DNA of 64,000 nucleotides from Savitreella phatthalungensis (Eukaryota): NCBI GenBank assembly GCA_051599415.1, contig AP039704.1, positions 62,001 to 126,000 of the forward strand, read 5' to 3'. Shown piece by piece: positions 63,579 to 64,000 of this stretch (position 1 is its first letter; each line of letters starts with the position of its first letter). The notes under the pieces were generated by a model. It saw only the letters and a program-made list of their open reading frames with translations, ran no database searches and was not told where the DNA came from. The position numbers and the translations under genes were made by a program.

Positions 63579-64000
63579 TCAGAGCTTGAGCTCTTGGAGA
63601 ATCTTGGAAGCGAGAGACTTGTACTGCCATGAGTTGCCTTGGACTCGCTTGAATTGAACACCGTGGAGGGCGAAGAGAGGGACTTTGACGATGAGGATTT
63701 CGAAGCGGAGGCTGCTGGCGGCTGACGCTTCCGCTGACGCGGATGCCGTTGCCGTGGTGACTGCTGAGGTTGTCGAGGACGTGAGCGTATTCGGGTTTGC
63801 GAGGCTGGCAGGTTGAACAGGAGGCGAGAAGGCCGCGATTGATTCACCGACGCCGCCGGCGATGCTGTCTACACTCTCGTCAGCCTCAGGGCCGAGACCG
63901 GCACCACTGAAGGATCGGGAGGCATTAGATACTGCGCGCTGACGAGTAGCTCGGCGGAAGGACAACGCCCTTCGTGCTTTCGAAGGCGTCCGCACGATAC
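63579..64000 (-). CDS. KIN1: C-terminal KA1 domain of a Kin1/PAR-1/MARK kinase (5' part beyond the window)
   Basis: [43 protein letters not shown]. Confidence 0.9.
   Translation of the reverse strand, partial: IVRTPSKARRALSFRRATRQRAVSNASRSFSGAGLGPEADESVDSIAGGVGESIAAFSPPVQPASLANPNTLTSSTTSAVTTATASASAEASAASSLRFEILIVKVPLFALHGVQFKRVQGNSWQYKSLASKILQELKL

Overview
Gene-dense, intron-poor, GC-rich fungal (ascomycete) chromosomal segment. Short GT..CTRAC..YAG introns and a TPP2 gene tentatively point to an early-diverging lineage such as Taphrinomycotina (inference). About 28 ordinary genes can be called, most with a recognisable product: COX4, mitochondrial ProRS, RPN7, NAS6, MED22, SWA2, ORC2, a DUF2433-like protein, RFC5, TPP2, BRC1/RTT107, a peroxisomal hydrolase, a mitochondrial HMG protein, VTC1, a PUB-like protein, MTAP, IPI1, a cytochrome b5-acyl-CoA dehydrogenase, PRP40, an Amt/Mep permease, Pol lambda, an aldo-keto reductase, SUMO, DPB4, COQ5 and the KIN1 3' end. 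Two things stand out. (1) A secreted Kex2-processed repeat polyprotein (34026-35192) is predicted to release Gln-initiated, highly Arg-rich peptides plus conserved acidic GDVGVF peptides. (2) An ~8 kb accessory island (41.7-50.0 kb) holds an orphan membrane-protein gene, its pseudogenised paralog, two long fold-back hairpins (one built from fragments of that same gene family, so a candidate hairpin-RNA silencing locus), an orphan ORF and a degenerate triplication. Smaller oddities include a probable non-AUG mitochondrial extension of TPP2, overlapping RFC5/TPP2 stop codons and a 12-nt SUMO micro-exon. No tRNA, rRNA, CRISPR array or intact transposase was recognised. All calls are by eye, without database searches.
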